Shown: one piece after another, positions 51,091-64,000 of the stretch
Position numbering within the stretch: the stretch's first letter is position 1
How the letters are laid out: each line of letters starts with the position of its first letter
From: Macrostomum lignano
Lineage: Eukaryota
Length of the DNA: 64,000 nucleotides
Assembly (NCBI GenBank): GCA_002269645.1
Contig: NIVC01000084.1
Location: forward strand, 310,001-374,000
Reading direction: 5' to 3'
Notes under the pieces: generated by a model
Told to the model about the DNA's origin: nothing
What the model saw: only the letters and a program-made list of their open reading frames with translations
The model's database searches: none
Made by a program: the position numbers and the translations under genes

Positions 51091-52011
51091 AGTGCGAGAC
51101 AACTAGCTTTGGCCTAATAAAATAAGACCTGATTTGACGTTGAGCGTCAATAAATCACAGCAACAAGCTTCCGTAGCGTGGATGAGCAGCCAAGCTGATG
51201 GAAACTCTCGGCAAGGCGGTGCAGTTCACGAACGTTCTCTCCAAACGATCTGTTATATAGAGCAGGTAAAAATAAAAAACTGGCTTTTGACTATTTAGAC
51301 TTTAAACTTCACGTTTAAACGGAGATTTAGAAGTTAAATATTTCATTACAATACAAAAAAACTTAAAATGATTCGAAATTCAACGATTCAAGAAAGATCC
51401 TGGAACTATCGCCATTTTTTCGTCAATTATTTTGGATTATTCGTCAACCAGAAATTCGAAGGTTGTTAAAAATTTAATCAAAAACTACTTGCTTGGAAAC
51501 TTTGATAAATAAGGACTTTATCTGTGAATGCCTTTGCTCAGGACAGGCTCCCTCACTTCGAATTAGACTCGAACCTTTCCGACGTTTTTAGGCCCGAGAA
51601 TTTCCGTGCAAGCTTGTTTGATATCTAAGGACTACCGGGCGAACGACCATCCACCTCCTGGACTCTCCTGAAAGGGGAGAAAGTCCTAAAAGAGGTCCTC
51701 GCACCACATGATCTCCCTGCGCGATACCACAGCACAACAATGTTAAATCCGGAGCCAATGATAATTCAGCTCTTGCACAAAAGTTTATTGTCAATCATGT
51801 TTCCTATGGCTTAATTAAACTCAAACTCTGTAGACAATTTAAATCTACTGTAATTGGTTTTCCGAGTGAAGAAGATTATTAATTTACACGTACGCTACTG
51901 TAACGTTGCTACTTTACTCATGCAACAAATGAAAGTGTGTCGTGGTGTTAGCGATCGATCGATCACGGCTATAGGCTATAAGTAGCCAATGCCGAATTTA
52001 AATGAAAAGAC

Positions 52012-53616
52012 CACAGATACTATATAACTAGATAGGTCACTCGGTTAATTTACTCTCACACTACTCTTAGGACCAGCCATCAGTAGTGAAAAATAGCAAA
52101 AAAAATAATTTTTGCAAACGTGTGCTCTGGTAAAGCGGCTCTGCATGGTAAAGCATGTTTAGAAGAGATTCATTTTCTGCATGCGTGCATGGTAAAGCAG
52201 TATTCAAGTTGTCGAGTTCGTATTATAGACAAAACATATTAATAGTACTGCGCCGCGGCGATGCCTAGCACTTTTTCCTAAAAATATATATGTATAGATA
52301 TGGCTCTCTCTTCTGCTTGGTCAAGCAAAAGGGTCTTTTAGCCATAGACAACAAAATTAACAGCGGTGCCCAGTCATATATATAGTAGGAGAAAAGAAAC
52401 CAAGACAACGCTTTAGTCGCTGCTGTTGCTGTTTCAGTTCTTTCAGTGCACTTTCCTATTAAAAAATTAAATATTTGGAGCGACATGGACAACTACGATG
52501 CCGAAGATACCGAAGATGTCGATGACTTGATCAAGGCGTGTGAGGAAGCCGAGCGGCAGGCAGCTCTGGAGGAGCAGCTAAGCTGTGAGGTTGCAGCGAG
52601 CATGCTGCGGCTGCCGTCAATCTTTTCGAAGACGACGAGATTGCCGCTGACGATCTGATTGCCGCTGCCGAAGCAGCCAAAGCTGCCGAAGCTGAAGCTG
52701 CCAAAGCTGCTGCTGAATTGCCCGAGCGGCAGAAGCAGCACCACCAAAAGCAGCAGCAGCAGAAGAGAGCATCTTTGCTAGTGACCGACTCGCAGCGACC
52801 CGGCTCTATTGGCCCGGCGGCGGCCGACGACGACAATGATGTTAAGTTCACTGCGAGCGTGGTCCCGGACACTGACGAAGAGACACCGGGCCAGCCGATT
52901 AGCAGCAGCAGAATTAAACGAGAACTATTCGGCGACGACGACGACGACTTCCAACCCCGATTGTCGTCACCACGGACACCGCCGGTGGCCAAACGCGCAA
53001 GCCGGCCCTGGAGCGTCAACCGCGGATCTGGACGCCCTCGACTAAGAATTCGGCGACGAATTGGACGCCACCGATGATGTCGTCGCCTGCTAGGTCGTCT
53101 TGCTTCTTGTTTCTGCTACCTTGCCAGTTTGCAGTTTCGTCTCTTTTGACGTTTTTTTCTTGTTTTTTGACAATAAAATCAGCAATTTTAGATGATTTTT
53201 TTAGTATATAGGACTGTACTGTTGACAAGTATTTTAAGGTGTTTCAAGTCCAAATTGTTCAACTTATTGATGTCTTAAATAAAAGGGCATATATGTTACT
53301 GCCTATTCTGCGCAAAAATAAGCATCTTACGATCAATAGCGTACATAGGAGATACATTGAAAAATCGACCATCAATGAAATTTTCACCAATTCTGAGTCT
53401 TGCGTCCTTCTACTTAAGTAGTCCTTGAGTCAAGAATGTACACTGTAGAAGATTGTGCATATGGTTAAAAACTTCATTTCCGATCGATTTCATTTTAGTC
53501 ACTGATAAGAATGTTTCTAATAATTTGCATTTACACTACCGTCCTAAGAGTAGTATTATTTTTGCCCCCCACAGCGAGATAGGGAGTGTGACCTATCTAG
53601 TTATGTAGTATCTGTG
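52012..53616. mobile_element. Non-autonomous P-like (or hAT-like) DNA transposon, 29-bp TIR, 8-bp TSD GAAAAGAC, carrying an acidic cargo ORF
   Basis: TIR CACAGATACTA(T/C)ATAACTAGATAGGTCAC at 52012-52040 and 53588-53616; gaaaagac at 52004-52011 and 53617-53624; subterminal IR ctactcttaggac. Confidence 0.9.
52485..53090 (+). pseudogene. Frameshifted acidic/Ala-rich low-complexity ORF inside the TIR element
   Basis: MDNYDAEDTEDVDDLIKACEEAERQ.. continues after a frameshift as AVNLFEDDEIAADDLIAAAEAAKAAE..QKQQQQK..IKRELFGDDDDDF. GC-rich coding-like composition in AT-rich flanks. Confidence 0.55.
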
Positions 53617-54018
53617 GAAAAGACTTGACTGGAGTTTCCAAAATAGTCGATAATCTTCTCTCGAGGTGCGAGTATTTTATTATTGGCTGACAATAATTTC
53701 AGTACTACATCTCCAAAAAATCTGTTCAAGATATTGCAAGTTGAATTGGTATATATATAATTATAAAGAAATGTCAATCAATACAAAAGAAGTAGGCACA
53801 ATGTACAATGAGACCGATCGATAAATGTATTCTGAAAAAGAGTCGCATTTACGAGCAACTCTTCAAATTAATCAAAAGAAAATATTGGAGTTCGAATTGA
53901 ATATTCAAATGACATCGTTACACTACAATGTAAAAAATTTGCTTAAGTCATTTTTGGAAAAAAAATTACGTTATTGCCAAAGATCTTTTTAAGCAATCAA
54001 AAATTTAGATAACAGATA

Positions 54019-54984
54019 CTTCGGGTGTGTCATAAGTAATGTCACTGATGTGAAAACAGACGAACTTGCAATCGCAGATGAACAAAACTGTACCACTCAA
54101 CAACATAGAGTCCCCCAATATCAATCACCCTCTGGCAGTGCTCATACAGCTTGTCCACCTCAGCCTGCAGGTGTTTTTCCTCCAACTGCCATAACCAGTG
54201 CAACGCGCCTGTTTTACCTCTTCATGGTTTGCAACTTTTCTTGGAAAAGTCAGCCTTCAGCCATTTGAACAGGAATCTCTTGCAAAAGTTGAAGTCCGGG
54301 CTGTAGGGACTGTAAGAGCAGATTCACTCGCCGTGCAGGCAGAAAATTCGAAACAGCCTTCAGGTGTGCAGCCGTGCGGTGTCCATCTGCCACAGAACTT
54401 CGTCCCGGTGACATGGATTTGACCGGAGAGTGCGCCAGAGGTATCCAGTGTGCCGGAAAAAGTCGATAAAATACTGGCCATCGACCTTGGTGTTCGGTGG
54501 AGTTGTGCAGATGGAGACTCATTTGTTTGGCGTGAAGGCTACCAGCAGCATGGTCTTCTTGTCCGAGATGGACTTCCTGGTCACCATCGGCCTGGAGTCC
54601 CCAGCTCCCAGCCAGCAGCGATTGTCTGCCTTGCTGCCCTTGCCATCCAGGTGGAGCCAGCTTTCATCCTCAGCAACCAGGCAGTTTAGGATGTCATTCA
54701 AGCCCCGGCTGCTAAACACCTTGCGGATCTGCTTGGTGCAGGCGTCATGTTGAGATTCATGGTGATTTTTGTTCGCTGCATAGACGGTTTTTCATCGCGT
54801 TGCACTTGCTAAATCTGCTTGGCGTATTCTTGCGATTAGCTTGGGCCATAAACAACCTTTGCACGTCTCAAATGCACTGCTATTGCTTCACTAAGTATAC
54901 TTTGCAGCTACACTACCCACAAGTCCATGTGCCTACATATTTTAGACAGAGGCCTGCAGTGACATTACTTATGACACACCCGAG
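54019..54984 (-). mobile_element. Tc1/mariner-type transposon remnant with about 29-bp TIRs and TA TSD
   Basis: TIR C(T)TCGGGTGTGTCATAAGTAATGTCACTG at both ends, flanked by TA. Transposase motifs VAEDESW and SPYSPDF on the minus strand, with stops. Confidence 0.88.
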
Positions 54985-55258
54985 TATTATCCTCAGTGGT
55001 TTTAAACAGCAGTTTTTGGTACGAATATGAGCTACTGGTATAATATAAGTAAGTACAGGTAGGTATAGCACACATTAAATTGTGTCAAAAGTGCTTAGTT
55101 CATAGATCATTCGATTTTTTCATCAGCGATTCATTTACAAACGAAAGATTCAATATTATTTGAGAAAATTCACATTTGACGTTACAGCTTTAAAATTGAA
55201 ACAAAAAGCCATCCACTATTCTTTCAATTCATTCCCACGGCTCAAAGCACTGAGTCTA

Positions 55259-56329
55259 CTAGTTTGACACAAGCGCGAAGAACTCTCGGATTTCGGCCTC
55301 GGACATGACGCTCGTGGCCATTGCAATGGCGCGCACTGTTCCTTTAAACATCCGGGCATCGTTAAGTCGCTTGCCGAACCGGAAGCAGCTCGGGGAGATA
55401 AAATCGAAATCGGTTGCTGATGTGACAGTCACAGTGGACGGAGGCAAAAAGCCGCTTCCCAGGAAAATTCCCCAAAAGTCGGCTGCAGGCGTTGATGTGA
55501 AACCCAGATTCACCCACTCACTGGCGCTCGAAGTCATTGGATAATTTGAGGTCATGAACCTCTGTGGAGCGCTGCTGGCTTGAGTCTTCACTTTAGCGTA
55601 CGGTTTTAAAGCTTCGCTGTTCTCCCAAATGTGGCTATAAAACGGACCGGTTGCAAAGTTCGAACAATCAAGGAACTCGAAGAAGGCCTGCACCTGCGGC
55701 TGCCGCTTCATCCTGATCAGCACCGTGACGCCTGTGCCGAACCCGATGTCGCTCTTGTTCATGGCCAGAAACGAGCTGCTCCCATCGAACGCGGCGCCCT
55801 CCTCTGTCCACTGGACTCCGACCGGATAAATTCGGTTGGTCTCTTCGTCAGCCTGGCACACGACATTCTCAAATGCAGACATGTCGTCTCCGAGCCACAC
55901 GTTTGTGAGCTTCGGGTTGAGCTGAGCCGGATATTTGATCGGAAATCGGATGAGCACTCGGCAGTCGCTGCTCGCAGCGCCAGAGACAAGGTCGCGACAC
56001 ACGGACTGGTAGCGGAAGAGACTGCAGCGGAGAGAGGCCGGCTCGAACTGGGCAACGAGAATGCCGGATGGAAAGGCATCGGTCGCCTGCATGCTGCAGT
56101 GCCGCTCCGAGACCGCCTTGGAGATGCGGAAGGCGGCAGCATCGGACAGGCAGTGCACCTGCACCTGAGTCCAGGTGTCTCCGGTCCTGCACAGACAGCA
56201 AGTCAGAAAACCCAGCAGTTGTAGGACAAGGAAAATCATCACATTTTCTAAAATGATAATTGATACTTTCTTTAGATTAAAAAGGGTCCCTGTGCATATT
56301 AAGAAGTATTATCTTTTACCTGGAGGCAT
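55259..56329 (-). CDS. PAN/LamG-like family copy 5; complement(join(55259..56247,56320..56329)), 332 aa
   Basis: 10-nt exon ATGCCTCCAG, 72-nt intron, signal MIFLVLQLLGFLTCC, intact ORF with a divergent C-terminal half. Confidence 0.82.
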
Positions 56330-57500
56330 TTTCTGCAAAAGAGTTAGCAATTTCCGAGCGACAGTAGCTTCCAGTCTATTAGAATTTGTCATGGTGCTTA
56401 CAGTTAGCTATCTATATTGTAAATGCGTTGTTTAGCCTCCCGTTAGTCAGTAAATTTTGCTGCTTTCAATTGGCTGGAAATTCTGCTTCTCTTACCGTAT
56501 GTTAGCGAGTACACAAGAGGCCCTACTGAAAATGACTTCTGTAATGAGTGAAAGATCCTCCATTTCATGCAGCGCTCACTAAAATGAGTGATTCAGACAG
56601 TTACCGTATCCCTCTTCAAAATATTTTTTCTCACGATGTCAAAGTTTTTGGACAGGGACAATTATTGGAAAGCTTACAAAATTGTATCAAATTGGGCACT
56701 AAAAATGTAAAAAATTATGCAGTCTTTTGGTTTTATATGGTCTAAAAATAAATCAATAAAATCAATAAGTTGAAGGCTGTGAGCGCTGACGTAATCCGGC
56801 CCACTCCGCAGACTCTTATGCACATGCAAGCGCCAATGCTGTACAGACACCGCTTCAGTCCTTCCTGAGGTTTCTGCCACACATTCTGTCAAAGCAGTCT
56901 ATAGCTTCTGTATGTTGTAGTGCCAGTTTCAGGCTCAGTCAAACCCTGCTAGGAATTTTCCTCTGCTCAATTCTACTCCTAATCATCTATTCTGCAAAAT
57001 GTGGAGCCAATTTTCTGAAAAAACAGCTCTTTAAACAAGCGGAAGTGATGCATTTTCTCTTTAATTGTGTGAATATTTCATCGAGAAACGAAACGAGAAA
57101 CGAGAAAGGTAGAAAGGGAAGCAGAAGGAATACAGCTGCGTGGATTTTCTCAGCAAAAAAGCTTAGCAATACCAGTCTTATTAAGCTTAGTAAATAAAGC
57201 TTTGTATGCATTCTAGAACATTTCTATAAAGTCAAAAAAGTACAGCAGCTGTGCAAAGTGTTGTATTATAGTTAGCCTAGGCGTGTTGAAACGGGATGAA
57301 ACGCACAGCATCCCGCCCGCTGCAATAATCTATGATTCCTAAGCGTGGAATAATGAGCGTACAGCATGACACAATGATTCTTAGTATCAGTTACTATTTT
57401 TTCAATTCGCAAAATAAGGAGTTTTGGCCGTAGACAATTTTTGGATTTCATTATTTCTTTCTTTGTCTAGTGTGCTGGTGTGCTAATGGTAGATTTATCT

Positions 57501-57644
57501 CTAGGTTTCGAGTGCGTAAATAGTCTTGGCACGAGTGCGATTATGATCAGGATTGGGATTAGGATTGGGATTTGGATGAATTAGGATTATGGATAACGAT
57601 TAGCGCACGAGTGCCATAGACTATTTACGCACGAAGGAACCTAG
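57501..57644. mobile_element. Small MITE-like hairpin
   Basis: gtgcgtaaatagtcttggcac.. versus ..gtgccatagactatttacgcac inverted arms around a GGATT(A/G)GG-repeat core. Confidence 0.6.
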
Positions 57645-58325
57645 TGATAGATTCATTGATTTATGAGCAAAGCATTCTTCTGGTTTTAGCCATAGACATA
57701 GATAGATAACGCGACTGTGCAATAAATCCCAAGCCGTGCAGTAAATCCATTTAAGAATGCTTGGCCATATGTCAATGTGGGGGCTCAGCCCCCACACCCC
57801 CGCAAGGGGGCTCAGCGCCCCCTTGACCCCACTTTCTTCTGACTTTGCCATAGACATTTTCAGCGGGCCGTGAAACCGACTGAATGCATTGAAGTAAATG
57901 AGGATTTTACCATAGACAGACTCAGCGGCCCGTGAAACGCGGTTTCACGCCCGCTAACTATAACACTAATATGGATGGGCCGCATCGGGCAGAAACGAGC
58001 TAACACTCCGAGGCGTTTCTGCCCTCTGCAGCCCATCACTATTGGTATATTACTTGTATTATAGTTTTATGCGCCAATCTGCACCAAGGAAGCGAGGCTT
58101 TTGCTACAAGCCACACATGTCTATGGTCTAAATTCTTGGTACCATGCACACATAGGCTCATTCCTATTGGACTCGGCAAGATTGAATTTTATCCGCCTTG
58201 ACATACGGAGTCCCGAGTTGTCTATGGTTATAAAGCAGAGACACTATGGCTATTTATTATGGTGCGAAAGTTTGTACGACCCGACAGATCAGTTTTTTGC
58301 TAAGCCAACTTGATACTATTAAACC

Positions 58326-61300
58326 ATGTTCCTACTGTGGTCATTTTTAGCGGCACAATCACTTATTTTATTGCAAGCGAAACAGACAACTAACAATATC
58401 TTCGCATGCGATCACAGCGACTTAATTCAGCTATCGTACATGCCCGGACTAGGCCAGGAGACGCCGTTTACGAAAACACGACTTTCAAAAGCCGGCAAGC
58501 ACTACTGCAAAAGTATATTTTTGAAAGACTGCTTAAATTGGTGCGCCTACGACAAGAGGTGCGTCAGCGTGCACTTTCTGTCGCTGTCCGATCCTAACCA
58601 GTGCGTCTGTCATAAGTGCTATTTACTGTACGAGGAGTTGCCGTCTCCCCAGCGTATAGCCTATGGCTCGGGTTGCAGCACTATGGGCTACACTGCCGGG
58701 GCCTGCATCTCGCTAGCCTGTCGACAGAAAATCGATCAACGAAAGATTGACCATGCGGGTATCCAGTACGAGGAGATACCTCTGTTGAATACACGCGCCT
58801 GGATGTCAAGCGTTTTGCATGAGTCGCTATCACAGTACGGGCCGCAGATGGCCGTGGACGATGACGTCAATACTTTCGCATCGCACGAGAAAAAGTATTC
58901 GGCCGTGGATGCAGGCTACCATTGGATAATAATTGAACTACCCTACCAAGCTCTAGTCACTCACGTTACCGTTCGTTCAATCAGTCCAACTTTATTGCGG
59001 GACATGAAACGTAAAGATTTTGATCGAATCAACTACAGCAATAAGACTAAAGTTTCTACAGTTTATCTTCTTGACTGGCAGATATTGTCGGTTAGCGATT
59101 CCGTTGTGTGCCAGGATTACGCCAAATCTGATCTCTACCTAATAGGAACGCTCACTATGATAGTCGGTCGCTACTTTAACAAAGGATTCATGTGCATTGT
59201 TGGCAAAAGCGTCGATCCGATGACGTTTCGTTCTTCTGAGAAGTCGAAGAAGCTGCAGGCGGTGATTACTGAAAAAACGACCAGCTGCAAGCTTTGGTAC
59301 AACCACAAACCTTGGAAAAATCTGACTAGCTGTCAGGCAATGTTTCTCAGCAAATCTTACTCTGACTTTGGTTTGAAGGGCTTGGAAGGCGCTGAGCTTT
59401 TAGCCGCGGCGGATATGACAAGCACACCTGACTCACTGTTTACCTCAGCTTCTGGCAGGCGGTACCAATTCAAATTAGCGAACAAAAAGGTCGATTGGTA
59501 CAATAAGTTAATATCCTGGAAGTACTGGACAGTCTGCGGCAGGTTTTCCAACCTGTTGACCAGAACTACAATTGGAATGGAAGAAATTATGCTGAATCAA
59601 GCTTGCAGATCGCAGCACGCGCTCTTTCTGGCAATTCGGTGAGAGTAAAATTTGTTATAAATTAATAGTTTGCAACGCTGATTTTCTTTGACGTCGTTTG
59701 GTCGAAGATACGTTAGAGCTCAAATATAGCACTAAAAGATTCCACTGACTGAGTCTTGTAAAGCTTTTATCGACATTAATGTGTTATGCCAGGCGAACGT
59801 AGAATCGAAAATTTCTGCAACCAACCACGCATGCACAAGAACAAACTGTAATTAATGAGCGCTAGTAGAGCAGAAGGTTATTTAAAAGGAAGGCTGCGCT
59901 CCGCGCGCTTAATTGAACGTGGTACAGAACGGAGTCTATGGCAACAAGCAACGTCAGCGGTGTGACAAAAATGGCAGTAGTTAAAGACTAAAGTACAAAA
60001 CAAACCTCATTCGCCTAATTCCAACCGCTTTCAGGTCGACCAAGCCTCTAAAAATTTTCGACATCCAAGCTTATCGCCGAGTGAGCCAAAAGCCGGTGGG
60101 TGGCATCCCGCCAGCCTACCTGTCATTCGCCTGTCCAACCAGTCAATATGGGGGCTTCACTCCGGAGTTCGTCAGCGCCAATTTGCGACCGTACAAGCTG
60201 GACATGAGCCAGATGGGTCGCTTCTATGATCTATTAAATATCAGCGTAACGAAACTGCTGGATGTAAACAGAGCATGCTATCTACCAGATTTGCGTCAAA
60301 ACCCGTACATGGAAATCACTAATCGGGCTTGCAATTACACTCGTGAAACCATCCGGGTCACTCAGCTTAGTTACAGAAAGAGCATTACCAAAGTGGTGCA
60401 GAATTTCGTTAAAAGCTCAATGGAACCCGACATACCTGACTACATACTCAACGTGCTAGCCAATTTGGCGGAAGATTTCCTAAAAAGTTGGGGCGGTGAA
60501 GTCACCGTTAGACGGGATCCAATCCAGTTCAAGCTTAACTGGACTTCCTATATGATGACGCAGTGAGTAGTTTTGCATTTGTGCCTATATATTTTGTTTA
60601 CTTGGTTTGTTTGCTCTAACCGGATGTTTGCTTTAACCGGATGCTTGCTCTAACCGGATGTTTGCTCTAACCAGATGTTTGCTCTAACCGGATGTTTGCT
60701 CTAACCGGATGTTTGCTCTAACCGGATGTTTGCTCTAATCGGATGTTTGCTCTAACCGGATGTTTGCTCTAATCGGATGTTTGCTCTAACCGGATGTTTG
60801 TTCTAACCGGATGTTTGCTCTAATTGGATGTTTGCTCTAACCAGATGTTTGCTCTAATTGGATGTCTGCTCTAACCGGATGTTTGCTCTAACCGGATGTT
60901 TGCTCTAACCGGATGTTTGCTCTAACCGGATGTTTGCTCTAACCGGATGTTTGCTCTAACCGGATGTTTGTTCTAACCGGATGTTTGCTTTAACCGGATG
61001 TTTGCTCTAACCGGATGTTTGCTCTTATTGGATGTTTGCTCTAACCGGATGTTTGCTCTAACCGGATGTTTGCTCTAACCGGATGTTTGCTCTAACCGGA
61101 TGTTTGCTCTAATCGGACGTCTACTCTAACCGGATGTTTGCTCTAAACGGATGTTTGCTCTAAACGGATGTTTGCTCTAATTGGATATCTGCTCTAACCG
61201 GATGTTTGCTCTAACCGGATGTTTGCTCTAAACGGATGTTTTCTCTAATTGGATGTTTGCTCTAATTGGATATCTGCTCTAACCGGATGTTTGCTCTAAC

Positions 61301-61933
61301 CGGATGTTTGCTCTAATTGGATGTTTGCTTTAATTGGATATCTGCTCTAACCGGATGTTTGCTCTAACCGGATGTTTGCTCTAATTGGATATCTGCTCTA
61401 ACCGGATGTTTGCTATAACCGGATGTTTGCTCTAATTGGATATCTTCTCTAACCGGATGTTTGTTCTAACCGGATGTTTGCTCTAACCGGATGTTTGCTC
61501 TAACCGAGAGTGGAGAGTGCATCTAATTGGATATCTGTTCTACTTGTTTACTTTATCCGGGTGTTATCGATGCAAAAGTCTGAAAACGTAACACGCGTCA
61601 AAGTGTATGAACTTTTACTTTTTTCTATCGCCTCTTACAACACAGATTTCATCCGAAGGATCAGCTTAAAGCTTCACTGCTGCACTATTTTCGGCACAAC
61701 ATCTACTCGAGAAGGGTACCGACCGACAGTAAATTGCGATCGGACCTATTTTACAATGGTCACATCTGCTTTATCTCCTGCCACTGGGCCCACCGGTTGT
61801 CTTCGTTGGCCAATAAGTTTAACGCTTCTGACGAAATTGTGCCGCTCATGTTCAATTGGTTTTTGGAGGCCTTCTGCCCTGATCCTTGCGCCAATGCCCG
61901 CTGCAAGCGGGTGAAGAACTCCGAGAATGGACA
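58326..61933 (+). CDS. Secreted multidomain protein (signal, PAN/Apple-like, galactose-binding F5/8- or fucolectin-like, start of an EGF-like module); join(58326..59638,60035..60562,61646..61933,...), 3' partial
   Basis: Three exons join in frame by phase-2 GT-AG introns. [19 protein letters not shown] (PAN-like); [27 protein letters not shown] (galactose-binding-like); DPCANARC (EGF-like). No stop before the next donor at 61934. Confidence 0.72.
60610..61540 (+). repeat. 17-bp minisatellite (TTTGCTCTAACCGGATG) filling intron 2 of the last gene
   Basis: Direct periodicity over about 0.9 kb. Confidence 0.95.
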
Positions 61934-61954
61934 GTGAGACTAATTATGCCATAC

Positions 61955-64000
<2,046 letters not shown>

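Overview
AT-rich, intron-containing animal DNA. GC-rich exons with minisatellite-filled introns resemble a free-living flatworm such as Macrostomum (organism is my inference). The left half holds four spliced genes that I rebuilt exon by exon in frame: PA2G4/EBP1 (+), AP-3 beta adaptin (+), a bacterial-type agmatine/peptidyl-arginine deiminase with two spliceosomal introns (-), and a TPR plus transmembrane protein (-). The right half is an accessory region with five minus-strand paralogues of a secreted PAN/Apple-like + LamG/ConA-like protein (three intact, one C-terminally deleted, one pseudogene). They share a near-identical central DNA block, even in the pseudogene, next to strongly divergent segments. 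Mobile DNA is interleaved: an intron-containing Crypton-like tyrosine recombinase, gypsy and RNase H-LINE remnants, tRNA-SINEs, a mariner remnant, a P-like TIR element with an acidic cargo ORF, and a gypsy derivative bounded by inverted LTRs with a 5-bp target-site duplication. The window ends inside a secreted PAN/galactose-binding/EGF-like gene whose intron is a (TCTG)n tract of more than 2 kb. All alignments, counts and domain calls were made by eye; no database search was run.
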